Shown here piece by piece: positions 1-9,488 of a stretch of DNA of 64,000 bases (position 1 is its first letter; every line of letters begins with the position of its first letter). The notes below the pieces were generated by a model that was not told where the DNA came from, did no database searches, and saw only the letters and a list, made by a program, of their open reading frames with translations. The translations under genes and the position numbers were made by a program. This stretch comes from an uncultured delta proteobacterium (lineage in GTDB: Bacteria; Desulfobacterota; Syntrophia; Syntrophales; UBA5619), in contig CAWFOM010000001.1 of NCBI GenBank assembly GCA_963817385.1, positions 128,001 through 192,000 on the forward strand, in the 5' to 3' direction.

Positions 1-1
1 C

Positions 2-1975
2 TACTTTCCCCATATAGCGACCAGCATTCCCTGGCAAACGGAGATCGCCATCATCAATAGCAGCGTTCAAACAGTCACGGGAACACTGAAGGCATTGAGC
101 GATGAAGGCCAGCTCGTAGATTTCAAGCCAGTTACACTTCCCGCCAATGGCCGGAGACAGATCATTGTTTCGGATGAGTTTACGAACCACACCGAGATCG
201 CCTACATCATCTTTGACTCAAACTCTTACTCAGTTCAGGGTTACACGAAGATTTACAGAGATGGTTCTTATAGAGTGGCCATCCCAGCGATAAGGGAAGT
301 GAACACTGGGGATATATATATCCCCCACATAGCATCAAACGCTCAATGGTGGACTGGGATAAGCCTGGTGAACACAACCGCGACGGCGAAAACGTTGACC
401 ATAACCTTTAGTAATGGCCAACCGAGAGAGGTTCCACTTGCCGCTTACGGGCACCGGGCATTCTCCATCAGGGATCTGTTCAACGGCCAACCTCAACCGG
501 GCATCCAATCGGCGGTGATCACAAACGCAAGCGGTGTCATCGGACTGGAGTTGTATGGCAGTGTTGGATGGGGTACACAGCTGGATGGGATCCCCCTGAC
601 CGGCAAAACCGCTTCGACCATATACTACCCCCATGTGGCCGGTGGTGAGTGGTGGACCGGTATCGTTGCCTATAATCCATCCGCATCGGCCTCTACGCTG
701 ACGATCAGTCCCTACAGTGCCCTGGGGACTCCCCTCTCCACCTCGAACTTTACCATACCAGCGATGGGGAAATATGTCGATACGGTTGCGGCACTCGGCC
801 TTCCGGTAGAGACGGCGTGGTTCAAGATAGACTCTACGCAACCACTGTCCGGCTTTGAACTTTTCGGCACCGTCAACGGCGAACAGCTTGCACCCTATGC
901 AGGAGGGGGCGGGATCGGTGAGAAGAAAGGTGTCCTTGCCAAGATTGAGAAGCTTGGTTGGACCGGGATCGCCTTTGTCAACACGGAAGCCACTGTGGCG
1001 ACTGTTAATCTGACAGCGTATAATGATGCCGGAACTGTGGTGGCTACGAGCGTGCTTCCCATCGGTGGCCATGCCAAAGTGGTCGATCTCGCGAAGTCTC
1101 TTTTCCTCCCTCAGGATATCAGCAGCGCCACCTATATTGCCTACTCAACGGGCAGGAATGTTGTAGGATTTCAGCTCAACGGCACCTCAGATGGCACGAT
1201 GCTCGATGGTCTGCCGGCGCTTGCCGGCAGTTTACCGGTCTTAATGGTCAAGAACTCATTCAACTCCGACCCGGAGGGGTGGTCGTCGTATGGAACAGGC
1301 GGTTTCAACTGGAAGGACGAGAACAGCCAATACTCGGCGTATCCTTTTGGCGCCCATCTCGAGGCCATAGACGGATCGGCAAGCCCTTGGTACTTTAGGG
1401 GGAGCGAAACAAGTAACAGCGGCGACATGAGTCAGTTCTATGGGGGGAAGCTTACCTACCGATTCAGATGGAAAGCCGATGCGGTGAGTGAATGCAAGCT
1501 TCGAGGGAAGCATGCCTACTACTACCAAGACTTGTGGAAGCCTGACGTGGAAATATTGGGACGCAATGGAATCCACCTTGGATATTTTTTCCAACAACCG
1601 CCGGATACTTACCAAAACGGTCTTCTCTACTACAACGGCTGGTTTGAATATTCTGTTCCGATCAAGGAGCAATTTGGCAGTGAAGGGGAGTACAAATATG
1701 GCTGGATAAAATACTGTGAAGGTCGTCCAAATTGTTACAGAGCGGCCACGAGAGACGAGATTTTAAATGTATTGAAGAATGTCGCTAGCCTTTCCATCAG
1801 AGGAGAATACTGCCTTGGATCTCATGATAGAGGAATGCTTGACGAGGTGATACTGAAGGCTGCGGACACTGACGAGGATGGTGTTTTCGATGTTATAGAC
1901 AATTGTCCGAATATTCCAAACGCTGGTCAACAAGACAGCGACGGGGACGGCATCGGAGATGTGTGTGATACCTGA
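2..1975 (+). CDS. 5'-truncated secreted/surface repeat protein: four ~100-aa beta-rich repeats, laminin-B(IV)-like domain, C-terminal thrombospondin type 3 (Ca-binding) repeat
   Basis: Frame is open from base 2 (YFPHIATSIPWQTEIAIINS...). Repeats begin YFPHIA..WQTEIAIIN, YIPHIA..WWTGISLVN, YYPHVA..WWTGIVAYN, ..GWTGIAFVN. Ends DTDEDGVFDVIDNCPNIPNAGQQDSDGDGIGDVCD. Confidence 0.8.
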   Translation, partial: YFPHIATSIPWQTEIAIINSSVQTVTGTLKALSDEGQLVDFKPVTLPANGRRQIIVSDEFTNHTEIAYIIFDSNSYSVQGYTKIYRDGSYRVAIPAIREVNTGDIYIPHIASNAQWWTGISLVNTTATAKTLTITFSNGQPREVPLAAYGHRAFSIRDLFNGQPQPGIQSAVITNASGVIGLELYGSVGWGTQLDGIPLTGKTASTIYYPHVAGGEWWTGIVAYNPSASASTLTISPYSALGTPLSTSNFTIPAMGKYVDTVAALGLPVETAWFKIDSTQPLSGFELFGTVNGEQLAPYAGGGGIGEKKGVLAKIEKLGWTGIAFVNTEATVATVNLTAYNDAGTVVATSVLPIGGHAKVVDLAKSLFLPQDISSATYIAYSTGRNVVGFQLNGTSDGTMLDGLPALAGSLPVLMVKNSFNSDPEGWSSYGTGGFNWKDENSQYSAYPFGAHLEAIDGSASPWYFRGSETSNSGDMSQFYGGKLTYRFRWKADAVSECKLRGKHAYYYQDLWKPDVEILGRNGIHLGYFFQQPPDTYQNGLLYYNGWFEYSVPIKEQFGSEGEYKYGWIKYCEGRPNCYRAATRDEILNVLKNVASLSIRGEYCLGSHDRGMLDEVILKAADTDEDGVFDVIDNCPNIPNAGQQDSDGDGIGDVCDT

Positions 1976-2350
1976 TCACCTCTCTGTCTTTGAAACGAAC
2001 TACCATTGTGCAACAGAAGAGCATATTTTTATCAAATGAACCGGGGGGGCTGGACCCTCCGGTTGTTAGACTAATCTCGATTAGAGGGGTATCTCGTCCG
2101 GCAGGAGGATAGGTCATGGAAACTCTCTGCGGTCATCATCACCACACCAGAGCAAAAGTAGGGTGTTTAGCGGGGTACTCACGCCCAACAATACAGGCAA
2201 TCGGGACTGCAGCGATCTGTACTACAGATTTGCCCGGGTGATATGTGCAGATTCCAATAAAGTAATTGATACCTGCGACTCCACGCTGCAATGACGACTC
2301 CCGGCAAGTCGTAACTTTTTCCCGTGAAGTTTTTTCTGTAAACTTTTTTC

Positions 2351-2379
2351 TTGACAACCGAAAGCGCCTGTGTTTTTAT
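2351..2379 (+). promoter_or_regulatory. sigma70-type promoter for aro leader/operon
   Basis: TTGACA (2351-2356), 17-bp spacer, TTTTAT (2374-2379) preceded by TG (extended -10). Confidence 0.55.
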
Positions 2380-2424
2380 GAGCACCAATTTACAAAAGAG
2401 GTACCAAGCGTGGGCAGAAAAGAG

Positions 2425-2508
2425 ATGGCAGCGAAAGGGTATTTCACCAACTGGTTTTGGTTTTATTACTTTTTTGCACCGGTCTGCCCGCTGCTTAGGA
2501 GGACGTAA
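2425..2508 (+). CDS. aromatic amino acid attenuator leader peptide (27 aa, MAAKGYFTNWFWFYYFFAPVCPLLRRT; alternative GTG start at 2410)
   Basis: 10 of 12 consecutive codons are Phe/Tyr/Trp; directly upstream of terminators and DAHP synthase. Confidence 0.9.
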   Translation: MAAKGYFTNWFWFYYFFAPVCPLLRRT

Positions 2509-2533
2509 GGGAAACCTAACAACCTAATTAACT

Positions 2534-2575
2534 AAGCCATGGACAGACCTTCAAGACGCTGCCCATGGCTTTTTT
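2534..2575 (+). terminator. aro attenuator terminator 1
   Basis: AAGCCATGGACAG (2534-2546) / CTGCCCATGGCTT (2559-2571), one mismatch, followed by T-run. Confidence 0.85.
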
Positions 2576-2583
2576 GTTTCTCC

Positions 2584-2625
2584 ATGGCCGTGGTGGCAGC
2601 GCCGAGATCACCACGGCCATTTTTT
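2584..2625 (+). terminator. aro attenuator terminator 2
   Basis: Perfect 12-bp stem ATGGCCGTGGTG / CACCACGGCCAT followed by TTTTT, just before SD GAGGTG. Confidence 0.8.
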
Positions 2626-2638
2626 ATTGAGGTGAACC

Positions 2639-3667
2639 ATGATTATCCTAATGAAAAAAAATGCAACACAGGAACAGATCGACCATGTTACCGAATGGAT
2701 CGAATCGGTGGGGTACAAACCCCACCCCTCTCAGGGTGTGGAGAGGACGCTCATCGGCGCCATCGGGGACGACCGCGGGAAAGCCCAGTTGAAATCGGCG
2801 GCCTTTCTCCCCGGCGTGGAAAAGGTGGTCCCGATCCTCAAGGCATACAAGCTCGCCGGCAGGGAGTTCCGGGACAAAGACACGGTCATCCAGGTCGGGG
2901 AGGTGCAAATCGGCGCGGGGGAATTCACCGTCATGGCCGGTCCCTGCTCCATCGAGAGCGAGGAGCAGCTGATGGAGTCCGGCTACGTCGTCAAAAAAGC
3001 GGGGGCAAAGATCCTCCGGGGCGGCGCCTTCAAGCCGCGGACATCGCCGTACAGCTTCCAGGGGATGGAGGAGGAGGGGCTGAAGCTCCTCAGGAAGGTC
3101 GGCGAAAAGGTCGGGCTGCCGGTGGTGACCGAGGTGATGAACACGACGGACGTCGACCTGGTCGAGGAGTACAGCGACATCCTCCAGATCGGCGCGCGCA
3201 ACGTCCAGAATTTCGCCCTTCTCAAGAAGGTCGGTCACTGCCGCAAACCGGTCCTCCTCAAGCGGGGGATGATGACGACGATCGAGGAGCTTCTCATGTC
3301 GGCGGAATACATCCTCTCCGAGGGAAATGAGCAGGTCATCCTGTGCGAACGGGGGATCCGCACCTTCGAGACGGCGACGCGCAACACCCTCGACATCAGC
3401 GCGGTGCCGGTGCTCAAGGAGCTGACCCATCTGCCGGTCATCATCGATCCCAGCCATGCGTGCGGCCACGCGAGATACGTCATCCCCCTCACCCGGGCGG
3501 CCGTGGCCGTGGGGGCGGACGGCGCCATCGTCGAGATGCATCCGGAACCGGAAAAGGCCTTCTCCGACGGCGCCCAGTCGCTCCGGCCGGAGGAGTTCTA
3601 CCGGCTCATGGACGAGGTGACAATCCTGACGGATACGATGCATAACGGCATCGGGAGGCTCAGATGA
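2639..3667 (+). CDS. aroF: DAHP synthase type I-beta with N-terminal ACT-like regulatory domain
   Basis: MAGPCSIES, RGGAFKPRTSPYSFQG, QIGARNVQN, LKRG, CERGIRTF, DPSH motifs. Confidence 0.95.
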   Translation: MIILMKKNATQEQIDHVTEWIESVGYKPHPSQGVERTLIGAIGDDRGKAQLKSAAFLPGVEKVVPILKAYKLAGREFRDKDTVIQVGEVQIGAGEFTVMAGPCSIESEEQLMESGYVVKKAGAKILRGGAFKPRTSPYSFQGMEEEGLKLLRKVGEKVGLPVVTEVMNTTDVDLVEEYSDILQIGARNVQNFALLKKVGHCRKPVLLKRGMMTTIEELLMSAEYILSEGNEQVILCERGIRTFETATRNTLDISAVPVLKELTHLPVIIDPSHACGHARYVIPLTRAAVAVGADGAIVEMHPEPEKAFSDGAQSLRPEEFYRLMDEVTILTDTMHNGIGRLR

Positions 3668-4758
3668 ACAAGCTGAAGGTGAACCTCAATCGGAAGACAG
3701 ACAATTCCTACGAGATTTACATCGGCGAGAAGATCCTGGACCGCGTGGGGATGATCCTGGCGAGGAACAACTGGGCCGAGCGGTACATCATCGTCACGGA
3801 TACCCGAATCGACGCCCTCCACGGGGAGCGGGTGCAGCAAGCCCTGGAAAAGGCCGATCTGAAGGTCGAGAGGATCACGGTTCCCCCCGGCGAGGCCGCG
3901 AAGGAGATCGGGACCGTGCTCGCCATCGCCGGGAGGCTGACCGCCATCGGCGCAGACCGCTCCACCGCGCTAGTCGCCCTGGGCGGCGGCGTCATCGGCG
4001 ATATGACCGGTTTTGTCGCCTCGATCTACATGCGGGGGATCCCCGTCATCCAGATCCCGACAACGCTCCTCGCCCAGGTGGACAGCGGCATCGGAGGGAA
4101 AACGGGGGTGGACACCGACGCCGGCAAGAATCTCCTCGGGACATTCCACCAACCGAAGGGGGTCTTCATCGACCTCTCCTTCCTGGGCACGCTCCCCGAC
4201 GACCAGCTCACGAGCGGGCTCGCCGAGGTGGTCAAGTACGGGGTCATCGACTCCCCGGAGATCCTCGGGGATCTGGAGGCCGCCGTGGAGCGGGGCGGGC
4301 TCCGGGAAACGCCCTTTCTGGAAAAAATCGTTACGGCGGCATGCCGGATCAAGAAGGAGTTTGTGGAGCTCGACGAGCGGGATCGGGGGCTCCGGCGGGT
4401 CCTGAATTTCGGCCACACGGTCGGCCACGCCGTCGAAGCGGCGTCCGGCTACGCCCTCTCCCACGGCGAATCCGTGGCGATCGGCATGGTCGCGGCGGCG
4501 AGCCTCTCGGAGCAACTCCACCACCTGCCGGCGGATGACCGGCGGCGGATCGCGGCCCTCATCCGGGCTCTCGGGCTCCCCGACCGGATCCCCGCGAACC
4601 TTGATCCGGATGAGATCCGCTCCCGGATGAAACGGGACAAGAAAAAGAGAGGGGAGACCGTCCATTTTGTTCTGCTCAAGAAGCTGGGGGTCCCCATCGT
4701 GAACGGGGGGATACCGGAAAATATGTTGATAAAGACGCTGGAAGGATTGCACATATGA
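3664..4758 (+). CDS. aroB: 3-dehydroquinate synthase
   Basis: ALGGGVIGD, PTTLLAQVDSGIGGKTG, LNFGHTVGHAVE. Confidence 0.95.
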   Translation: MNKLKVNLNRKTDNSYEIYIGEKILDRVGMILARNNWAERYIIVTDTRIDALHGERVQQALEKADLKVERITVPPGEAAKEIGTVLAIAGRLTAIGADRSTALVALGGGVIGDMTGFVASIYMRGIPVIQIPTTLLAQVDSGIGGKTGVDTDAGKNLLGTFHQPKGVFIDLSFLGTLPDDQLTSGLAEVVKYGVIDSPEILGDLEAAVERGGLRETPFLEKIVTAACRIKKEFVELDERDRGLRRVLNFGHTVGHAVEAASGYALSHGESVAIGMVAAASLSEQLHHLPADDRRRIAALIRALGLPDRIPANLDPDEIRSRMKRDKKKRGETVHFVLLKKLGVPIVNGGIPENMLIKTLEGLHI

Positions 4759-5849
4759 GTGAGGAAATCATGCAGGAACTCAGGGAGAAGATCGAGCGAA
4801 CGGACCGGGAGATCGTCCGCCTCTTGAACGAACGGGCGGCCGTCTCGGTCGAGATCGGAAAGACCAAACGCGCCGCCGGACGGGAAGTCTATGACCCCGC
4901 CCGGGAATCCATGGTCTACCGGCATCTGGAGGAGTTCAACGACGGCATCCTTTCGGAGGCGGCCCTTCGGGGGGTCTTCCGGGAGATCCTCTCCGCCTCC
5001 CGCTTCCTCCAGACGCCGACCACCGTGGCCTTCCTGGGACCGGAGGCCTCCTTCACCCACCAGGCCGCCCTGGCCCACTTCGGCGGGGGGATCGCCGCCG
5101 TACCCACGGCCACGATCCCGGAGGTCTTCGACGAGGTTGAACGGGGGAAAGAGCAGTGGGGGATCGTTCCCGTCGAAAACTCCGCCGAGGGTTCGGTCAA
5201 GACCACGCTGGACCGCCTGATCTCGACGCCGCTGACCATCCGGGCGGAGGTCTACCTCCGGGTCCGGCACTGTCTCCTCTCCAAGTGCGATGATCCGGAC
5301 GCGATCCGGAAGGTCTACTCCCATCCCCAGGCCCTCGCCCAGTGCCAGGTGTGGCTCAGGACCCATCTGCCCGGCGTCCCCCTCGTCGAGGTGGAAAGCA
5401 CGGCGGGTGCGGCCCGCCGGGTCCGGGAAGACAACCGGGCGGCCGCCGTCGCGAGCGTTCTGGCCGCCGACACCTACGGCCTCAACATCCTCGCGGAGGG
5501 GATCGAGGACAACCCCGCCAACACGACCCGCTTTCTCGTCATCGGGACGCGCGCGGGGGAAAAGGGCGGGGGGGTCACCGGCCGGGACAAGACCTCCATC
5601 CTCTTCGGAACCCCCCATGTCCCGGGCGCCCTCCAGCGGGCGCTGGCCCCCTTCGCCGAGGCGGGGCTCAACCTGCTTCGGATAGAGTCCTTCCCGATGC
5701 GGGACCGGATGTGGGAATACCTCTTCTTTGCCGATTTCGCGGGACACGCCGCCGAGGAAAAGGCCGAGGAATGCCTCGCGGAGTTGAGAAACAGAACCGC
5801 CTTCCTCAAGGTCCTGGGGTCCTATCCCCGGGGCGAGGAGCTGCCGTGA
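4755..5849 (+). CDS. pheA: chorismate mutase / prephenate dehydratase
   Basis: N-terminal AroQ-like helix domain, PVENSAEG, SHPQALAQC, NTTRF, IESFP, ACT domain ending LGSYP. Confidence 0.95.
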   Translation: MSEEIMQELREKIERTDREIVRLLNERAAVSVEIGKTKRAAGREVYDPARESMVYRHLEEFNDGILSEAALRGVFREILSASRFLQTPTTVAFLGPEASFTHQAALAHFGGGIAAVPTATIPEVFDEVERGKEQWGIVPVENSAEGSVKTTLDRLISTPLTIRAEVYLRVRHCLLSKCDDPDAIRKVYSHPQALAQCQVWLRTHLPGVPLVEVESTAGAARRVREDNRAAAVASVLAADTYGLNILAEGIEDNPANTTRFLVIGTRAGEKGGGVTGRDKTSILFGTPHVPGALQRALAPFAEAGLNLLRIESFPMRDRMWEYLFFADFAGHAAEEKAEECLAELRNRTAFLKVLGSYPRGEELP

Positions 5850-6536
5850 TCTGCATCCCCATCGCCGCCGCACGGACCGCGGAGGCCATCGAGAAGATGG
5901 AGCGCGCCGCGCCTCTCGCCGATCTCGTCGAGCTCAGGATCGACCGGATGCCGGACGCCGACCTGGAGCGGCTCCTCGCCGCCCGGCGCACCCCGGTGAT
6001 CGTCACGAACCGAAGCCGTGAGGAGGGCGGAGGATTCGCCGGGACGGAAGAGGAACGGGTGGCGCTCCTCACGGAGGCGGTGCGCCTGGGCGCCGATTAT
6101 GTGGATATCGAAGCGGCCACCGATCCCGCCCTGAAGGCAAAGCTCATCGCCGCGCTCGCCGGCGGCACGACGCGGCTGATCGTCTCCTGGCACGACTTCT
6201 CCGGAACGCCTCCCGCGGAATTCCTGAAGACGAAGCTGGCGGCGTGCATGGCGGACGCGCCCCGCAATCGTCAAGATCGTCACCCACGCCGGCACGGCGG
6301 CCGATTGCCTCCGGCTGCTGGAGCTCATCCCGGAGGCCCTCCGGCGGGGCCAGGCGATCGCCGCCTTCTGCATGGGGAAAAGGGGAAAGATCAGCCGGAT
6401 CATGGCGCCGCTTCTGGGCTCCGTCATCAGCTACGCCTCCCTCGATCCGGAAGAAGCGTCGGCGCCGGGCCAGCTGACGATCCATGAAATGCAGACGATC
6501 AACCGGATCATGGGGAGAGGGGCGCGCGATGAATAA
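5846..6536 (+). CDS. aroD: type I 3-dehydroquinate dehydratase (one +1 frameshift near 6260)
   Basis: ADLVELRID, EGGGF, SWHDFSGTP in one frame; IVKIVT..FCMG..SRIMAP..SAPGQL in the next frame. Confidence 0.88.
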
Positions 6537-7343
6537 GCCCGCAGCCTTCGCCCTCTTCGGCAACCCCGTCGCACAGAGCCTCTCGCCGCTCATGCACGAC
6601 CGCGGCCTTCGCGCGGATGGGGATCGCCGCCGCCTACACCGCTTACCGGGCGGATGACGCGGCCGAGGTCGTCCGGCAGATCCGGGAGGGCGGCATCCGG
6701 GGGGCGAGCATCACCATCCCCTTCAAGGAGACGGTCATGACGCTCCTCGACGAAGTGGATACGGACGCGGGCGTGATCGGGGCGGTAAACACGATCGTCA
6801 ACCGCAGCGGCAGGCTCACGGGATACAACACCGACGCCTCCGGGCTGATCCGCGACCTCGAGGAATGGATCGCGATCCGGGGAACAACCTTCGTCGTCCT
6901 CGGCGCCGGCGGGGCGGCCCGGGCGGCCGTCTTCGCGCTTCGTGCGGCGGGGGGGACACCCATCATCGTCAACCGGACCGCGGAGCGGTCCCGGACGCTG
7001 GCCGAACGTTTCGGCTGCCGCTGGGAGCCCGCCCGGGAGATCGGCGGACTTGCAGGCGGACTGCCTGATCAACACGACGCCGCTGGGGATGTTTCCGGAA
7101 ACGGAGCGGACGCCCATCGAAGAAAAATTTCTCGCGCATTTCCCGCGGGTGATGGACATGATCTACAACCCCATGAAGACGCGGCTCCTCCGGGAGGCCG
7201 AAGGGGCGGGGTGCGCGGTCCGCTCCGGCGTCGGGATGTTCGTCCACCAGGGGGCCGAGCAGATCCGCCTCTGGACGGGGATGGAGCCGCCGCGGGAGGA
7301 GATGCGACGAGTGGTCCTGGAAAGATTGGGGAAACATGATTGA
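6529..7343 (+). CDS. aroE: shikimate dehydrogenase (two +1 frameshifts near 6600 and 7050)
   Basis: GNPVAQSLSPLMH; SITIPFK, GAVNT, YNTD, GAGGAARA, NRT; INTTPLGM, DMIYNP, GMFVHQG. Confidence 0.88.
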
Positions 7344-8598
7344 GGTAAAACCGCTCGAACACCTGGACGCGACGGTCCGGATCCCCGGATCGAAGAGCTA
7401 CACGCAGCGGGCGATGATCATCGCCTCCCTCGCGGAGGGGGAATCGCGTCTGACGGATGTCCTTCTGTCCGAGGACACGGGGGTGCTCGGCGGGGCGCTC
7501 GGCGAGATGGGCGCCGACATCCGGACGGCCGGCACCGATATGACCATCCGCGGGACCGGCGGGAGGCTCACCCGTCCGGCGCGGGAGATCCATCTGGGAA
7601 ACAACGGCACGGCGATGCGCCTCCTCGCGGGAGTGGCCGCCCTGGGAGCGGGGCCGACCGTCCTGACGGGAGATCCCCGTCTCCGGGAGCGGCCGCTCAA
7701 GCCCCTCCTCGACGCCCTCGCGGCCCTCGGCGCGGAAACCCACACCGAGGGGAGGCTCGGCTTTCCCCCGGTCACCATCCGCGGCGGCCGCCTGAGGGGC
7801 GCGGAGGTGCGCCTCCGAAACATCGAAAGCAGTCAGTACGTCTCGGCGCTCCTGATCATCTCCCCCTTCGCGGCCGGAGAGACGACGATCATCCTTGAGG
7901 GGCGCATCCCCTCCCTCCCTTACATTGCGCTCACCGTGGAGACGATGGGGGCCTTCGGCGTCAACGTCGCTCTGGACGGGACCGGCCGTTACGTGATACA
8001 AGGCGGGCAGCGCTACCGGGGGCGCGAATACCGGATCGAAGGCGACGTCTCCAGCGCCTCCTACTTCTTCCTCGCCGCCGCGCTCCTGAAGGGCCGGGTG
8101 CGGGTGGAGAATATCAATCCGCGGACGGGCCAGGGGGACATCGCCTTCCTGGCGCTCCTGGAGCGGCTCGGATGCCGGGTCTTTCGGGGGGAGCATTCCG
8201 TCGAGATCGTGGGGGGTGAGATGCCGGGCGGGGAGATGACCTTCGATCTGGGCGCCATGCCCGACATGGTGCCGACCCTGGCGGTGCTCTCGGCGCTTAG
8301 GCCCGGACGGAGCCTCATCCGGAACGTCGCCCACCTGCGCCTGAAGGAGAGCGACCGCCTGGCCGCCATGGTGAATGAACTCAGGAAGACCGGGATCGCC
8401 GCCGAAGAACTCGCGGACGGCATCGCCGTCACCGGGGGAAAGCCCCGCGGCGCAACGATTGAGACATACAACGACCACCGGATCGCCATGAGCTTCGCCA
8501 TCCTGGGGCTCGCCGCGCCGGGGATGAGGATCGAGGGGGAGGAGTGCGTCGGGAAATCCTTCCCCGGCTTCTGGACGGCGCTGGCGGGACTCTCATGA
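7336..8598 (+). CDS. aroA: EPSP synthase
   Basis: PGSKS, LGNNGTAMR, SSQYVSALL, LRLKESDR, DHRIAM, KSFP. Confidence 0.95.
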   Translation: MIEVKPLEHLDATVRIPGSKSYTQRAMIIASLAEGESRLTDVLLSEDTGVLGGALGEMGADIRTAGTDMTIRGTGGRLTRPAREIHLGNNGTAMRLLAGVAALGAGPTVLTGDPRLRERPLKPLLDALAALGAETHTEGRLGFPPVTIRGGRLRGAEVRLRNIESSQYVSALLIISPFAAGETTIILEGRIPSLPYIALTVETMGAFGVNVALDGTGRYVIQGGQRYRGREYRIEGDVSSASYFFLAAALLKGRVRVENINPRTGQGDIAFLALLERLGCRVFRGEHSVEIVGGEMPGGEMTFDLGAMPDMVPTLAVLSALRPGRSLIRNVAHLRLKESDRLAAMVNELRKTGIAAEELADGIAVTGGKPRGATIETYNDHRIAMSFAILGLAAPGMRIEGEECVGKSFPGFWTALAGLS

Positions 8599-8696
8599 AG
8601 CTCTCCCGCCGGCCCGCATGAACGGGGTGGCTCGCCCCTGCCCGCTCCCCGGCAGGGATCGGCGGGAGGAACGGGGCACGGAAGGGGTCCATCGCG

Positions 8697-9260
8697 ATGA
8701 ACATCATCCTCATGGGGTACCGCTGTACCGGCAAGACGTCCGCCGGCCGGAGTCTGGCTGAACTCCTGGGCGTCCCCTTCTGCGATACGGACGAAATGGT
8801 TGAACGTCGGACGGACCGCACGATCCCCCGGATCGTCGCCGAAGAGGGATGGAGCGCATTCCGCGAGGAGGAGACGGCCGTCATCCGGGAGGTTGCCGGC
8901 CTCGATCGCAGCGTCATCGCCTTGGGAGGCGGCGCCGTCCTCGACACCCGGAACGTCGAGCGCCTGAAGATAAACGGGGTTTTCGTGTGGCTCTTCGCCG
9001 ATGCGGCGACGATCGCCGCCCGGATGGAGAGGGACGCGGCAAGCGGCTCCGTTCGGCCCTCCTTGACGGGAGAGCCGAGCGTCGGCGAAATGCAGGCTGT
9101 TATGGCTGAGCGGGAACCGCTCTACCGGCGGCTCGCCGATCTCGTTGTCGACACCACCAAAATCGACGCGGAGCGGGTGGCGGAAGCGATCCGTACCGGC
9201 CTGAGGGAACGGCTCCGGGAGCCGGAGGGGCTCATGGCCGACCCCGGGAAAAATCGCTAA
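8697..9260 (+). CDS. aroK: shikimate kinase
   Basis: P-loop GYRCTGKT, FREEE, ALGGG, RPSL, REPLY. Confidence 0.93.
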   Translation: MNIILMGYRCTGKTSAGRSLAELLGVPFCDTDEMVERRTDRTIPRIVAEEGWSAFREEETAVIREVAGLDRSVIALGGGAVLDTRNVERLKINGVFVWLFADAATIAARMERDAASGSVRPSLTGEPSVGEMQAVMAEREPLYRRLADLVVDTTKIDAERVAEAIRTGLRERLREPEGLMADPGKNR

Positions 9261-9274
9261 GGCGTCCCATCAGG

Positions 9275-9468
9275 AACGGCTTCGTAAACAGCCCGGAGGC
9301 AAGGCGCGCGAAGTACCAGAAAAAGACCTGCGCAACGTGAAAATTGAAAATCGGATCCCGGGAGCGCGCATTGGAGATTTTCCGGGGCACCCGGCCCCCG
9401 CAGCTTACGCGCCCGCAAAGGGATCGCGATTTTCAAAGGTCTCGAATGGACTTTTTGGCGAAGCCATC
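9275..9468. mobile_element. MITE-like element, long variant
   Basis: Imperfect terminal IRs AACGGCTTCGTAAACAGCCC...GGACTTTTTGGCGAAGCCATC; first ~37 bp match the ends of copies at 10547 and 52291. Confidence 0.6.
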
Positions 9469-9488
9469 GGGAGGAAGGAGAACCATCA

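Noticed and set aside
2140..2240. GGGCAAATCTGTAGTACAGAT (minus strand) as a c-di-GMP-I riboswitch
   Set aside because: No GNRA loop, no GCAAAGC junction, no second stem
2266..2424. 80-aa ORF 2266-2508 as the real leader
   Set aside because: Its upstream part spans the promoter; only the portion from 2410/2425 would be transcribed
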